Shown here piece by piece: positions 18,138-28,225 of a stretch of DNA of 43,179 bases; the stretch's first letter is position 1, and the number at the start of each line of letters is the position of its first letter. Source of the DNA: an uncultured bacterium (GTDB lineage: Bacteria > Auribacterota > Erginobacteria > Erginobacterales > Erginobacteraceae). Under the pieces are notes generated by a model. The model saw only the letters and a program-made list of their open reading frames with translations. It was not told the DNA's origin and did no database searches. The translations under genes were made by a program, and so were the position numbers. The DNA is taken from positions 1-43,179 of the forward strand of contig CAWGIE010000038.1 in assembly GCA_963822585.1 (NCBI GenBank), written 5' to 3'.

Positions 18138-18992
18138 ATGTGGTATTTACTTATTGTCTCTTTGATCTGGGCTTTCTCCTTCGGGCTGATCAAGACCTAC
18201 CTGGTCGGCAACCTGCGGGGACTCGATCCCTCGTTCGTCGCCTGCGCCCGGATGGTCATCACCCTCCCCTTCTTTCTCCCCTTTCTCCGCCTGAAGCGTC
18301 TGCCGCCGACGGCGGCGGGGAGGCTGGTTTTCATCGGGACCATTCAGTACGGGGTCATGTATATAACCTACCTCCAGGCCTACCGTTACCTGGAGGCGTA
18401 CCAGGTGGCGCTCTTTACCATCTTCACTCCTCTCTATGTTATCCTGTTTGACGACGTCCGCTCCCGGCGGTTTCGACCCGGAGGTTTGCTGGCGGCTCTG
18501 CTGGCGGTATTCGGAGCCGCTCTCATTACCTATCGTCATACCGGACTGAGCGGTATCCTGGCCGGCTTTTTATTCATGCAGGTTTCGAACGGCTGCTTCG
18601 CGTACGGGCAGATCGAATACCGGAGGATCCGGCCGGTTTTCTCCCATCTTCGTGACCGGGAGGTATACGCCCTCCTCTTTTTGGGCGCGGCGGCGATAAC
18701 CGCTCTCGCCACCACGCTCTCCGGAGGATGGGGGAGCCTGGCCGCGCTGGATCTCGGACAGGCCGGCACGCTTCTTTACCTCGGCGCCCTTGCTTCCGGG
18801 CTCTGCTTCTTCTGGTGGAACAAGGGGGCGCTGCTGACTTCGGCCGCGACTCTGGCGGTCTTTAACAATATGAAAATCCCCCTCGGTGTCGCCGTCGCCC
18901 TGGTCTTCTTCGGAGAGCACGCCGAGCCGGCCCGGCTCCTGCTCGGGGGCGCCGTCATCGTGGCCGCGCTCTGGGTCTCCCGGCGATATTAA
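18138..18992 (+). CDS. EamA/DMT transporter, YigM(BioP)/MadN-like; candidate biotin or carboxylate importer
   Basis: IWAFSFGL, QYGVMY, LFTIFTPLYV, YGQIEY, FFWWNKGA resemble E. coli YigM as recalled. Confidence 0.8.
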   Translation: MWYLLIVSLIWAFSFGLIKTYLVGNLRGLDPSFVACARMVITLPFFLPFLRLKRLPPTAAGRLVFIGTIQYGVMYITYLQAYRYLEAYQVALFTIFTPLYVILFDDVRSRRFRPGGLLAALLAVFGAALITYRHTGLSGILAGFLFMQVSNGCFAYGQIEYRRIRPVFSHLRDREVYALLFLGAAAITALATTLSGGWGSLAALDLGQAGTLLYLGALASGLCFFWWNKGALLTSAATLAVFNNMKIPLGVAVALVFFGEHAEPARLLLGGAVIVAALWVSRRY

Positions 18993-19270
18993 ATTATTTT
19001 GCTACTCCAACTGCTTCGTGTATTATATAAATCAGTTCGCTGCGCTCGCTGATTTATAGCGGACCCCGATTGATTCAATCGGGGCCTGTGGATTCAACTA
19101 AAATAATTGTATCCAGGCAATGACACAAAAAAGACTTTGATACATCAGCCGATATTTGCTCTTGGAATATAATTGTGCCATAGGATTGATGTTCAACACT
19201 CTTATTTTTCCGAAGCCAAAATAATCACATTCGGGCCGCGGGAAGTTCCGGTCCGGCAAGGACGGTTCAC

Positions 19271-20818
19271 ATGAGCACGGACAAACTTCAGGATCTCCAG
19301 CAGCGTAAGGAAAAAATCATTCTCGGGGGAGGAGAAGCCAGAATCCAGAAACAGCATGAGAAGGGGAAACTGACCGCCCGGGAACGGCTCAACCTGCTTT
19401 TTGACGAGGGAACATTTGTCGAGATCGACGCTTTCGTCAAGCATCGCTGCACCTATTTCGGGATGGAGAAGAAGGAGGCCCCGGGGGAAGGGGTGGTGAC
19501 CGGCTACGGTCAGGTCAACGGGAGGCTGGTCTATGCCTACGCACAGGACTTCACCGTCATCGGGGGGTCCCTGGGGGAGATGCACGCTCAGAAGATCTGG
19601 AAGGTCCTCGACAACGCCCTCAAGGTCGGCGCCCCCGTGGTGGGGATCAACGATTCCGGGGGGGCACGGATCCAGGAAGGGGTAAACTCTCTGTGCGGAT
19701 ACGGCGGGATCTTCTACCGGAACACGATCGCTTCCGGGGTGATCCCCCAGATCTCGGTCATCATGGGCCCCTGTGCCGGCGGGGCCGTTTACTCGCCGGC
19801 GTTGACCGACTTTACCTTCATGGTCGATAAATCCAGCAAAATGTTCATCACCGGGCCGAAGGTAATCAAGTCGGTCACCCGGGAAGAGGTCTCGCCGGAA
19901 ACCCTGGGCGGGGCGATGACCCATAACCGGGTCAGCGGCGTGGCGACGTTTCTGGCCGAGAACGACGAGGACGCCCTCGAGAAGGTGAAGAAACTGCTCG
20001 GTTACCTGCCCTCCAATAATACCGAGACCGCTCCGGTTTACGAGACCGATGACGACCCGAACCGGCTGATCCCGGAATTGAACAGCCTGATCCCGGAGAG
20101 CCCGAACAAACCATATGACATACATGACCTCATCACTCTGCTGGTGGATAACGGCGACTTTCTGGAGTATCAGCCCTACTACGCGGCCAACATGGTAACC
20201 TGCTTCGCCCGGATGAACGGGCGGTCGATCGGCATTATCGCCAACCAGCCGAAGATGCTGGCCGGCTGTCTCGACATCAACGCCTCCGATAAAGCGGCCC
20301 GGTTTGTCCGGACCTGCGACGCTTTCAACGCACCCCTCCTCACCCTGGTCGACGTTCCCGGATTTTTGCCGGGGACCGGCCAGGAATACGGCGGCATTAT
20401 CCGGCACGGGGCCAAGCTGCTCTACGCCTACAGTGAAGCGACGGTACCGACCGTGACCGTTATCACCCGCAAAGCATACGGGGGGGCGTACATCGCCATG
20501 TGCTCGAAGCACCTGGGGGGCGACATGGTGATGGCCTGGCCGACGGCCGAAATCGCGGTCATGGGACCGGTCGGGGCGGCCAACGTGGTCTTCGAGAAGG
20601 AGATCAGCGCCGCCCCGGACCCGGAGGCGGCCCGGGCGGAGAAGCTGAGGGAATACAACGCCGAATTCGCCACGCCCTACAAGGCGGCCGAGCTGGGATA
20701 CGTCGATGACGTGATCGAGCCGGCCACCTCGCGCCCCCGGATTATCGACGCTTTCAACATGCTGGCTTCAAAACGCGAGACCCGTCCGCCGAAGAAACAC
20801 GGCAACATTCCGGTATAG
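19271..20818 (+). CDS. mmdA: Methylmalonyl-CoA decarboxylase alpha / acyl-CoA carboxyltransferase subunit
   Basis: [43 protein letters not shown]; clustered with delta, gamma and beta subunits. Confidence 0.92.
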   Translation: MSTDKLQDLQQRKEKIILGGGEARIQKQHEKGKLTARERLNLLFDEGTFVEIDAFVKHRCTYFGMEKKEAPGEGVVTGYGQVNGRLVYAYAQDFTVIGGSLGEMHAQKIWKVLDNALKVGAPVVGINDSGGARIQEGVNSLCGYGGIFYRNTIASGVIPQISVIMGPCAGGAVYSPALTDFTFMVDKSSKMFITGPKVIKSVTREEVSPETLGGAMTHNRVSGVATFLAENDEDALEKVKKLLGYLPSNNTETAPVYETDDDPNRLIPELNSLIPESPNKPYDIHDLITLLVDNGDFLEYQPYYAANMVTCFARMNGRSIGIIANQPKMLAGCLDINASDKAARFVRTCDAFNAPLLTLVDVPGFLPGTGQEYGGIIRHGAKLLYAYSEATVPTVTVITRKAYGGAYIAMCSKHLGGDMVMAWPTAEIAVMGPVGAANVVFEKEISAAPDPEAARAEKLREYNAEFATPYKAAELGYVDDVIEPATSRPRIIDAFNMLASKRETRPPKKHGNIPV

Positions 20819-20875
20819 ACGACGAAAGAGAAGAAAAACTTGAACCCGGATTTTAAATAATAACCTGTAGATGCA

Positions 20876-20956
20876 TGGAGTGCTGGAGTGTTGGAATAAT
20901 GGAATGATGTAAAGCCGTCTCTCCATTACTCCAGTATTCCATCACTCCACTACTCC
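20876..20956. repeat. Family B octamer (TGGAGTRR) inverted pair
   Basis: tggagtgctggagtgttggaataatgga ... tccattactccagtattccatcactccactactcc. Confidence 0.85.
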
Positions 20957-20999
20957 GGAACGAGGCCCGAGCAGGGCGCGGGCCTCGTTCCCAACTGCC

Positions 21000-21410
21000 A
21001 TGCAAGAGGCGACACTGCTTCAAAAGTTCGTTGATTCGGAATTGATCCGGGGGCTCTCCTCCGGCGACAAGGCGGTGGCTTCTTTTTATGTCACGATCAT
21101 GGGCATGGCCATCACCTTCGTCGCCCTGGGCATCCTCTGGGGCTGCATTAACCTGATGGCCGCCGTCTTTAAAACCGGGAAAAAGAAAAAAGCTCCCCGA
21201 ACGCCGCGGCCGTTCCCGCCGGGAACCCCCGCGGACGCGCCCTCCGGGTCCGGGGAAAGCGACGGGGAACTGATCGCCGTCATCACGGCGGCCGTGGCCG
21301 CCGCCCGGGGAAGCGCTCTCCCGACGATCAGGGTCAAGCCCATCTCCACTACCGAAGACCCCACCCCGCAATGGGGAAAGGTGGGAAGAATGGAGCAGCT
21401 TCTCCGCTAG
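21000..21410 (+). CDS. mmdD: Na+-translocating decarboxylase delta/OadG-family subunit
   Basis: GMAITFVAL TM, Pro-rich linker, ELIAVITAAVAA, W...GR. Confidence 0.85.
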   Translation: MQEATLLQKFVDSELIRGLSSGDKAVASFYVTIMGMAITFVALGILWGCINLMAAVFKTGKKKKAPRTPRPFPPGTPADAPSGSGESDGELIAVITAAVAAARGSALPTIRVKPISTTEDPTPQWGKVGRMEQLLR

Positions 21411-21480
21411 TTAAATCAGCGCCTTCAGCGCTCATTCAGATACTAAGCAGATCACTACTTAGATGGCATTATTTGAGACG

Positions 21481-21559
21481 GTCATTGCGAGCGCAGCGAA
21501 GCAATCTCTTGTTTTCAAAATGATTGAGATTGCTTCTTCACTTCGTTCATCGCAATGAC
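21481..21559. repeat. Family E palindromic element (GTCATTGCGAG...GCAATCTC / GAGATTGC...CGCAATGAC)
   Basis: Second copy at 28364-28454. Confidence 0.85.
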
Positions 21560-21611
21560 AGACAACCTTCTCTTTAGTGCTAAACATAAACCGGGTGACA
21601 GGAAACAGGCT

Positions 21612-22031
21612 ATGAAAAAATTCAAGGTTACCGTAAACGGAAAAACATACGAGGTGGAAGTCGAGGAGACGGGAACAGGCTCCTCCCCGGCGGCAGCGAA
21701 AAAACCGTCAGTGACCCGGCCGGCGGCCGCGGCGACACCTCCCCCGGCGCCGGTCGCGGTCCCGGCACCGGCTCCGACGGCGGCGGGGACCACTCCCGGT
21801 ATCGACGGGGGCACGGTGCTGAAAGCGCCCATGCCCGGTACCATTCTCGCCGTCAAGGTCCAGGAGGGGGATCGGATCGCCAAGGGACAGCTCCTTCTGA
21901 TCCTGGAGGCGATGAAAATGGAGAATGAGATCATGTCGGTAGCGGACGGCCAGATCCTGGCCGTCCACGTGGAGAAAGGAGCCGCCGTCAGCGCCGGAGA
22001 CCCCCTGATCACTCTTCGCTTCGACTCATAA
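21612..22031 (+). CDS. mmdC: Biotin carboxyl carrier subunit (gamma)
   Basis: MKKFKVTVNGKTYEVEVEE, Ala/Pro linker, APMPG, EAMKM biotinylation motif. Confidence 0.93.
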   Translation: MKKFKVTVNGKTYEVEVEETGTGSSPAAAKKPSVTRPAAAATPPPAPVAVPAPAPTAAGTTPGIDGGTVLKAPMPGTILAVKVQEGDRIAKGQLLLILEAMKMENEIMSVADGQILAVHVEKGAAVSAGDPLITLRFDS

Positions 22032-22090
22032 ATAAGCGACGGAGGGAGCTCATTTACTGTTTAGGAATTCAAAAAGAGAAATCCAGTGGT

Positions 22091-22153
22091 GTAGTATCGT
22101 CCTTTCGCGACGCTTGCGGGTCGGCAAGCCTTGCCGCAGGCAAGGCGATACTA
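22091..22153. repeat. GTAG-type REP-like doublet
   Basis: gtagtatcg ... gccttgccgcaggcaaggcgatactac. Confidence 0.6.
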
Positions 22154-22235
22154 CATTTCCTGCATCTACTACAAGTCCTTCACGGAGTGAAGGACGATCC
22201 TACATAAATTTGCGAGCACAGCGAGCTAATTTATA

Positions 22236-23369
22236 ATGGAACACATCGTCGGCCAATTTATCCGGAGCATGGGGATCAGCGGGCTGCATTTCGGCCAGGT
22301 GGCGATGATCCTGATTGCGTTCATCCTCCTTTACCTGGGGATCAAAAAACGTTTCGAGCCGCTCCTGCTGGTCCCGATCGCCTTCGGGATGTTTCTGACC
22401 AATCTCCCCTTCGGAGGCCTGATGAGCCCCCCCGGAGGGGTGGGCAATCCGGGGGGGTTGCTCTGGTATTTTTACCAGGGGGATGAGCTGGGCATCTGGC
22501 CGCCGATCATATTCATGGGTGTCGGCGCCATGACCGACTTCGGCCCCCTGATCGCCAATCCCAAGTCCCTTCTTCTGGGGGCGGCGGCTCAGGTCGGCAT
22601 CTTCACCACTTTCTTCGGGGCGATCATGCTCGGTTTCACCGGCCGGGAAGCCGGCTCGATCGGGATTATCGGCGGCGCCGACGGCCCCACCGCCATCTAC
22701 CTGACTTCCCGTCTCGCCCCCCTGTTGCTGGGACCGGTGGCGGTAGCGGCCTATTCCTACATGGCCCTGGTTCCGATCATCCAGCCGCCGATCATGCGGC
22801 TGCTGACCACCAAGAAGGAACGGCGGATCCGGATGGCGCAGCTCCGGCCCGTCTCCCAGACCGAGAAGATACTCTTCCCGATCATCGTGACGCTGGTTGT
22901 CGTTCTCATGCTCCCCCCGGCCGCGCCCCTGATCGGGATGCTGATGCTGGGAAATCTCTTCAAGGAATGCCTGGTCGTGGATCGGCTGAAGGACACCGTT
23001 TCCAACGCCTTGATCAACATGGTCACGATCTTCCTCGGTCTCTCCGTCGGAGCCACCGCCACGGCGGAGCGGTTTTTGAATCTCCAGACCATCGAGATCC
23101 TGATTCTGGGGGTGCTGGCTTTCGCGATCGGTACCGCCGGGGGGGTGCTCCTGGCGAAACTGATGAACAAGCTGACCGGCGGGAAGATCAACCCGCTGAT
23201 CGGATCGGCCGGGGTCTCCGCCGTCCCGATGGCGGCCCGGGTCTCCCAAAAAATCGGCCAGCAGGAGGATCCGGCCAACTTCCTCCTGATGCACGCGATG
23301 GGCCCCAATGTCGCGGGTGTGATCGGATCGGCGGTCGCCGCCGGTGTCATGCTGGCCTTGTTCAGGTAA
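22236..23369 (+). CDS. mmdB: Na+-translocating decarboxylase beta subunit
   Basis: [55 protein letters not shown]. Confidence 0.95.
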   Translation: MEHIVGQFIRSMGISGLHFGQVAMILIAFILLYLGIKKRFEPLLLVPIAFGMFLTNLPFGGLMSPPGGVGNPGGLLWYFYQGDELGIWPPIIFMGVGAMTDFGPLIANPKSLLLGAAAQVGIFTTFFGAIMLGFTGREAGSIGIIGGADGPTAIYLTSRLAPLLLGPVAVAAYSYMALVPIIQPPIMRLLTTKKERRIRMAQLRPVSQTEKILFPIIVTLVVVLMLPPAAPLIGMLMLGNLFKECLVVDRLKDTVSNALINMVTIFLGLSVGATATAERFLNLQTIEILILGVLAFAIGTAGGVLLAKLMNKLTGGKINPLIGSAGVSAVPMAARVSQKIGQQEDPANFLLMHAMGPNVAGVIGSAVAAGVMLALFR

Positions 23370-23383
23370 TCTTATTTTTCCTC

Positions 23384-23550
23384 CGGAAAAATAAGATATA
23401 TGCAAGCATTGAACCGACAGTGCAGGGATATTTCAAAGAAAATTCGTGTAATTTCTCCGCCCCGAAGCTTTGATCGGGGGCGTAATTCGTAGTTTTATTT
23501 AGTTGCCCAAGCCCCGATAAATCGGGGTAGACTGCGCGAGGGTTAAGTTC
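23384..23550. repeat. Expanded copy of the 6462-6582 element with two inserted mini-palindromes
   Basis: Inserts tctccgcccgaagctttgatcgggg and ccccgataaatcggggtagac relative to the 6.5-kb copy. Confidence 0.75.
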
Positions 23551-23718
23551 CTGTTTCGGAATTTCGGCACTGGTAGACGATTAGGTTGCTACCATTTTGA
23601 TAAGTGGTTTATTTAGAAGTAGATATAGTATAATTTCCGGGATCGTCGGACGATTCCTATAGAGCCATTGTTTATCGTTCCATCAACATTCATAAAAAGG
23701 TGGGAATTTCAATAATTT

Positions 23719-23781
23719 AGTGTGAAGTGAAAGGTGGAAAGTGGAAATTTTCATTACACTTTACACTTTAAACTTTACACT
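23719..23781. repeat. Heptamer-type (AAAGTGK) inverted pair
   Basis: agtgtgaagtgaaaggtggaaagtggaaa / tttcattacactttacactttaaactttacact. Confidence 0.65.
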
Positions 23782-23812
23782 ACAAGTTGCGCCGGAGGCG
23801 CTACCTTGTTAA

Positions 23813-24670
23813 ATGAGTTCAGCAGGTATTCCGGGGAAACTGGGGAGTCGCATGAGGGCGGGAGGCGAAGATACTCCCCTTTCTGAAGATGACTTGCGGG
23901 AAGCCCTGGAGGGACATACCTTCGGCTCCCGGATACACTTTTTTCAATCCATCGATTCGACCAATACGTTCGCCCGGGGACTGGCGGAGGAGGCCGCGCC
24001 GGAAGGGACCCTGATTATCAGCGAGGAGCAGACCGCCGGCCGGGGCCGGAGGGGGAGAAGCTGGATTTCACCGGCCGGAACCGGGCTCTGGTTCTCCCTG
24101 ATCCTTCGTCCGCCCCTTTCACATCCGCGGATCCTGCTGGTTACTCCGCTGGCCGCGGTAGCCGTCGCCGGGGCGCTCAGGAAGATTACCGGACTTTCCG
24201 CCGGGATCAAGTGGCCCAACGATATCGTCATCGACGGGAAAAAAACGGCCGGTATTCTGACCGAACTCGGGACCGGAGAGCGGGGGAGCGGATATATCAT
24301 CGTCGGGATCGGGATCAACGTCAACACGACCTCTTTTCCCGCGGAGTTCCGCGACCGGGCGACCTCGCTGCGGCTCTGCTCGGGCCGGCGGATTTCCCGG
24401 ATGCGGATCCTGGTCCCGGTGCTCCTGACACTGGAACGGCTCTATCGCGATGCCTTTGCAGAAGGAAACTTCACGGGACTTTTGAGAGAATACCGTAAAC
24501 TGTCCGTCGTTATCGGCAAACAAGTCATGATCACCCGGAAGAGTTCCGAGTTCACCGCCGAGGCGCTCGATATCACGCCGACCGGAAGCCTGCTGGTAAG
24601 AATGCCGGATGGAACGCGGGAAGAGGTCGTCTCCGGCGAAGTCCGCCTCAGCCGCCCCGGGGGATGGTGA
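23813..24670 (+). CDS. birA: Biotin-protein ligase, group I (no HTH)
   Basis: SIDSTN, EQTAGRGRRGRSW, KWPND, KTAGIL, GIGINV, SGEV. Confidence 0.94.
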   Translation: MSSAGIPGKLGSRMRAGGEDTPLSEDDLREALEGHTFGSRIHFFQSIDSTNTFARGLAEEAAPEGTLIISEEQTAGRGRRGRSWISPAGTGLWFSLILRPPLSHPRILLVTPLAAVAVAGALRKITGLSAGIKWPNDIVIDGKKTAGILTELGTGERGSGYIIVGIGINVNTTSFPAEFRDRATSLRLCSGRRISRMRILVPVLLTLERLYRDAFAEGNFTGLLREYRKLSVVIGKQVMITRKSSEFTAEALDITPTGSLLVRMPDGTREEVVSGEVRLSRPGGW

Positions 24671-24674
24671 GAAA

Positions 24675-25613
24675 ATGTATACCTATACCCTGAACGTCAA
24701 ATCCTTTTTCCATCACATCGCCCTTTTCTTTAAAGGCATCAAGGTCTTCGCGCTGGTCGGCAAGAGCGGGACCGGCAAGAGCTTTCGCGCCCAGCTGGTC
24801 GCGCAGAGGTTCGGCATCGATATCATTATCGATGACGGCCTGGCAATCAAGGATCAGAGAATCCTGGCGGGAAAATCGGCCAAGAAGGAAAAGCGGAAGT
24901 ACACCGCGGTCAAGACCGCCCTTTTCTATGACGAAACGCACGCCCGGGAAGTGATCGACAGCCTCCGGATGGAGGACTTTAAAAAAATCCTGATCGTCGG
25001 CACCTCCGAGAAGATGACCAGGATCATTGCCTACCGGCTCGGGCTGCCGGACCCGAGCCGGATTATTCAAATCGAGGATATCGCCACCCATGAAGAGATC
25101 GAGGCCGCCTCCCGTTCCCGGAAGATCAGCGGCAAGCATATCATCCCGGTCCCGGCGATTGAAGTGAAGCGGGAGCATCAGCATATCTTCCTTGATCCGG
25201 TACAGGTTTTTCTGAAGCGAAGACTCTTCTTCTGGAGGGGGAACAACACATTCGAGAAAACGCTGGTTCGCCCCGAGTACAGCGATAAGGGGAAAGTCAG
25301 GATATCGGAGAGCGCGCTCAGCCAGATGGTCATTCACTGCGTGAACGAGTATAACCCCGATCTCAAGATCATGAAGATCGTCGTCACCCCGGCGGGAGGA
25401 TCCTACCGCCTGGAAATCATCCTCCGGCTCCCCTTCGGGATGAAAGTCAGCGGACGGATCCACGGCCTTCAGCTTTATATTCTGGAGAGCATAGAACAGT
25501 TTACCGGCCTCGATCTCAAAGAGGTTAATGTCACCGTCGGCTCCGTCGCCAAACCGACCAAGAGGGAAACCCGATGGCTCCACTCCCTGATGAAAGATGC
25601 GGAAGAAAAATAA
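24675..25613 (+). CDS. P-loop NTPase fused to an Asp23/Gls24-family C-terminal domain
   Basis: GKSGTGKS Walker A, IIDDGL, GKHIIPVP; C-terminal GKVRISESALSQ...IEQFTGLDLKEVNVTV. Confidence 0.8.
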   Translation: MYTYTLNVKSFFHHIALFFKGIKVFALVGKSGTGKSFRAQLVAQRFGIDIIIDDGLAIKDQRILAGKSAKKEKRKYTAVKTALFYDETHAREVIDSLRMEDFKKILIVGTSEKMTRIIAYRLGLPDPSRIIQIEDIATHEEIEAASRSRKISGKHIIPVPAIEVKREHQHIFLDPVQVFLKRRLFFWRGNNTFEKTLVRPEYSDKGKVRISESALSQMVIHCVNEYNPDLKIMKIVVTPAGGSYRLEIILRLPFGMKVSGRIHGLQLYILESIEQFTGLDLKEVNVTVGSVAKPTKRETRWLHSLMKDAEEK

Positions 25614-26769
25614 AGTATATCTCGATCAGGCCGCCACTTCGTTCCCCAAACCGGAAGCGGTCTACCGGGCCGCCGATGGATTCGCCCGCCGGATCGGCAT
25701 CGGCAACGACCGTGGTTTTTACCGCGAGAGCCGGGAAGTCGCCCGCATCGGCGATCGGACCCGGGAAGGCATCGCCGAGCTGATCAACTGCCCGGCCGGG
25801 GACCTGATCTTCACCTCCGGCGCCACGGAATCATTGAACACCGCCATCCTCGGCCTTCTCCAGCCCGGGGATCACGTCATCACCTCCCCGTTCGAGCATA
25901 ATTCCGTGATCCGGCCGCTCTCCTATCTCGCCCTCCACCGCGGCGTCACCATCACCCGGCTGGACGCCTCTCTTCAGGACGGCGTCTTTCTCGACCGGAT
26001 CGAGCAAGAGATCCTCCCCGCCACCAGAATGTGCCTGATCAATCATATCTCCAACGCCTTCGGGGTGGTGATGAAGATCGGGGAGATCGGGGAACTGCTC
26101 CGGAGACATCCGGAGATCGCCTTCGTGGTCGACGGCGCCCAGAGCATGGGGACCTACCCCATCGACGTGGAAGAGATGGGCATCGATTTCCTCGCTTTCT
26201 CCGGACACAAGGGGCTCCTGGGACCGACCGGGACCGGGGGGTTCTATATCCGCGATACCCTGGCCGGAAGAGTGCTGCCTCTGAAATTCGGAGGAACCGG
26301 GATCCGCTCAACCCGCGAGATCTTTATCGAAGAACTGCCCCACCGGTTTGAAGTCGGCACCCAGAACAGCTGGGGGATCGCCGGCCTCCAGGCCGGGGTT
26401 GACTACATCCGGGAAAAAACCGTCCCCGCCATCCACCGGCACATCCAGAAACTGACCGGGCTGGCGGTCGAGGAACTTTCCCGGCTGGAATCGGTCGTCC
26501 TCTACGTCCCCTCCCCCGACGTTCACCACGGCGTTGTTTCCTTCAACCTCACCGGCCTTCCCCCCCGGGAGACGGCCAGCCTGCTCGACCGGGTGTACAA
26601 TATCAAGGTCCGCGACGGTCTGCACTGCGCCCCGGAGGCGCACCGGACGGCTGGCACCTTCCCCGAGGGAACCGTCCGGGCCAGCTTCGGCGTCTTCAAC
26701 ACCGAGGAAGAAGTGAAATACCTCTGCACGGCGATATCAGAAATCGCCCAATCCTTTAAAGGGAAATAA
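25597..26769 (+). CDS. Cysteine desulfurase family PLP enzyme (aminotransferase class V)
   Basis: YLDQAATS.PKP, FTSGATES, EHNS, DGAQ, SGHKGLLGP, RDGLHCAP. Confidence 0.92.
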   Translation: MRKKNKVYLDQAATSFPKPEAVYRAADGFARRIGIGNDRGFYRESREVARIGDRTREGIAELINCPAGDLIFTSGATESLNTAILGLLQPGDHVITSPFEHNSVIRPLSYLALHRGVTITRLDASLQDGVFLDRIEQEILPATRMCLINHISNAFGVVMKIGEIGELLRRHPEIAFVVDGAQSMGTYPIDVEEMGIDFLAFSGHKGLLGPTGTGGFYIRDTLAGRVLPLKFGGTGIRSTREIFIEELPHRFEVGTQNSWGIAGLQAGVDYIREKTVPAIHRHIQKLTGLAVEELSRLESVVLYVPSPDVHHGVVSFNLTGLPPRETASLLDRVYNIKVRDGLHCAPEAHRTAGTFPEGTVRASFGVFNTEEEVKYLCTAISEIAQSFKGK

Positions 26770-27522
26770 CCACTAAGACACAAAACTAAATAACCACTAA
26801 GTCACAAAAAACTGGATAACCACTAAGACACAAAGACACTAAGAAAAGAATATAATTGTGGGAGAGGCTTCCAGCCTCGATTATTAAGATTTTTTGGATT
26901 TTCCATAATAGCAAGCAATACGAATGACGAAATCCGAATGACGAATGACGAATGAATGACTAAATCCGAATGTCGAATACCAATACAACACAACACCTAC
27001 CAACTTGAATATGATCATTTTGACATTAAGTCATTGGGCTTTCTTTCGGATTTCGGATATCGTCATTAGTAGCGCCGGAGGCGCTAACTTAGTGTCTTGC
27101 TCCGCCCCGTAGCGAAGCTGTACGGGGGTGTAGAAAAGCAGGGATAAGGGATACGGGATAAGGGGTAAGGGGGGGAACATTAGTTTTCTTGGTGTTTCTT
27201 AGTGTCTTAGTGTCTTGGTGGTTATAAAAAGGGCCGAGGGGGGGGGACATTAGTTTTCATAGTGTCTTGGTGGTAATCAAGGGGCCGAGGTTGGGGGAAA
27301 CATAAGTTTTCTTGGTGTTTCTTAGTGTCTTAGTGTCTTGGTGGTTATAAAAGGGGCCGAGGGGGGGGGACATTAGTTTTCATAGTGTCTTGGTGGTAAT
27401 CAAGGGGCCGAGGTTGGGGGAACATAAGTTTTCTTGGTGTTTCTTCGTGTCTTAGTGTCTTGGTGGTTATAAAAGGGGCCGAGGTTGGGGGGAATAAAAA
27501 TTATCTTCGTGCCTTAGTGGTT
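26766..27522. repeat. Composite repeat field: family A arms, family C element, GGGATAA heptamers and a ~122-bp tandem duplication
   Basis: Several taaccactaagacac copies at 26766-26845; cgaatga heptamers at 26921-27068; repeated ttcttggtgtttcttagtgtcttagtgtcttggtggttataaaa..ggccgagg units at 27180-27490. Confidence 0.9.
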
Positions 27523-27529
27523 ATCAAAC

Positions 27530-28225
27530 ATGAAATGGGAAAGGAAATCCGGCATCATGCTGGCGCTGGACGTCGCCGACCGGGCGGCCGCTTTCGGGCT
27601 GCTTGACCGGGTGATCGGCGACGTCGACGTCATCAAGTTCAACTACCCCCTGGTTCTCCGGGAGGGGCTTTCGATCATCACTGACGTGAAGGAGCGGTAC
27701 CGGAAGCCGATCCTGGCCGATTTCAAAGTCGCCGATGTTCCGGTGACCAATAACCCCATCATCCAGCTCTGCCGCGAGGCGGGAGCCGACGGGGTCATGG
27801 TTCAGGGGTTCATCGGGATCGACGCCATCCAGTCCGCGATCGAGACGGCGGGCGAAATGAAGATCTTCGTCGTCACCCAGCTCACCAACCCCGGCGGACT
27901 TGATTTCACGGCCCAGTTCACCGAGGAGTTCGCCGGCCTGGCCCGGATGCTGGGCGCGGCCGGTGTCCAGGCGCCCGGCAACCGGCCCGACGTGGTGGCG
28001 AAGGTAAGGGAGATCGTCGGATCCGATCTGATGATCGTCTGCTGCGGGATCGGGGCCCAGGGGGGCGAGTTCGGGCGAGCGATCGAAGCCGGCGGCGACT
28101 TCGAGATCATCGGCCGCGCCATCCACCAGGCGAAAGACCCGGCCCGCGCCGCCAAAGAGATCAGAGCCGCCATTGCCCCCTTCTTACCACCAAGTCACAA
28201 AAATACTAAAAAAAATAACCACTAA
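27530..28225 (+). CDS. pyrF: Orotidine-5'-phosphate decarboxylase, archaeal type
   Basis: LALD, IKFNYPLVL, DFKVAD (DxKxxD), GIGAQGG, IIGRAI. Confidence 0.9.
   Translation: MKWERKSGIMLALDVADRAAAFGLLDRVIGDVDVIKFNYPLVLREGLSIITDVKERYRKPILADFKVADVPVTNNPIIQLCREAGADGVMVQGFIGIDAIQSAIETAGEMKIFVVTQLTNPGGLDFTAQFTEEFAGLARMLGAAGVQAPGNRPDVVAKVREIVGSDLMIVCCGIGAQGGEFGRAIEAGGDFEIIGRAIHQAKDPARAAKEIRAAIAPFLPPSHKNTKKNNH

Noticed and set aside
19231..19270. gggaagttccggt upstream of mmdA, reminiscent of a cobalamin riboswitch
   Set aside because: The rest of the B12-box (GCCACTG etc.) is missing and there is no room before the start codon.
27130..27522. Regularly spaced repeats resembling a CRISPR array (also 28480-28748)
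   Set aside because: The intervening sequences are themselves repeated, units are degenerate and low-complexity, and no cas genes are present.
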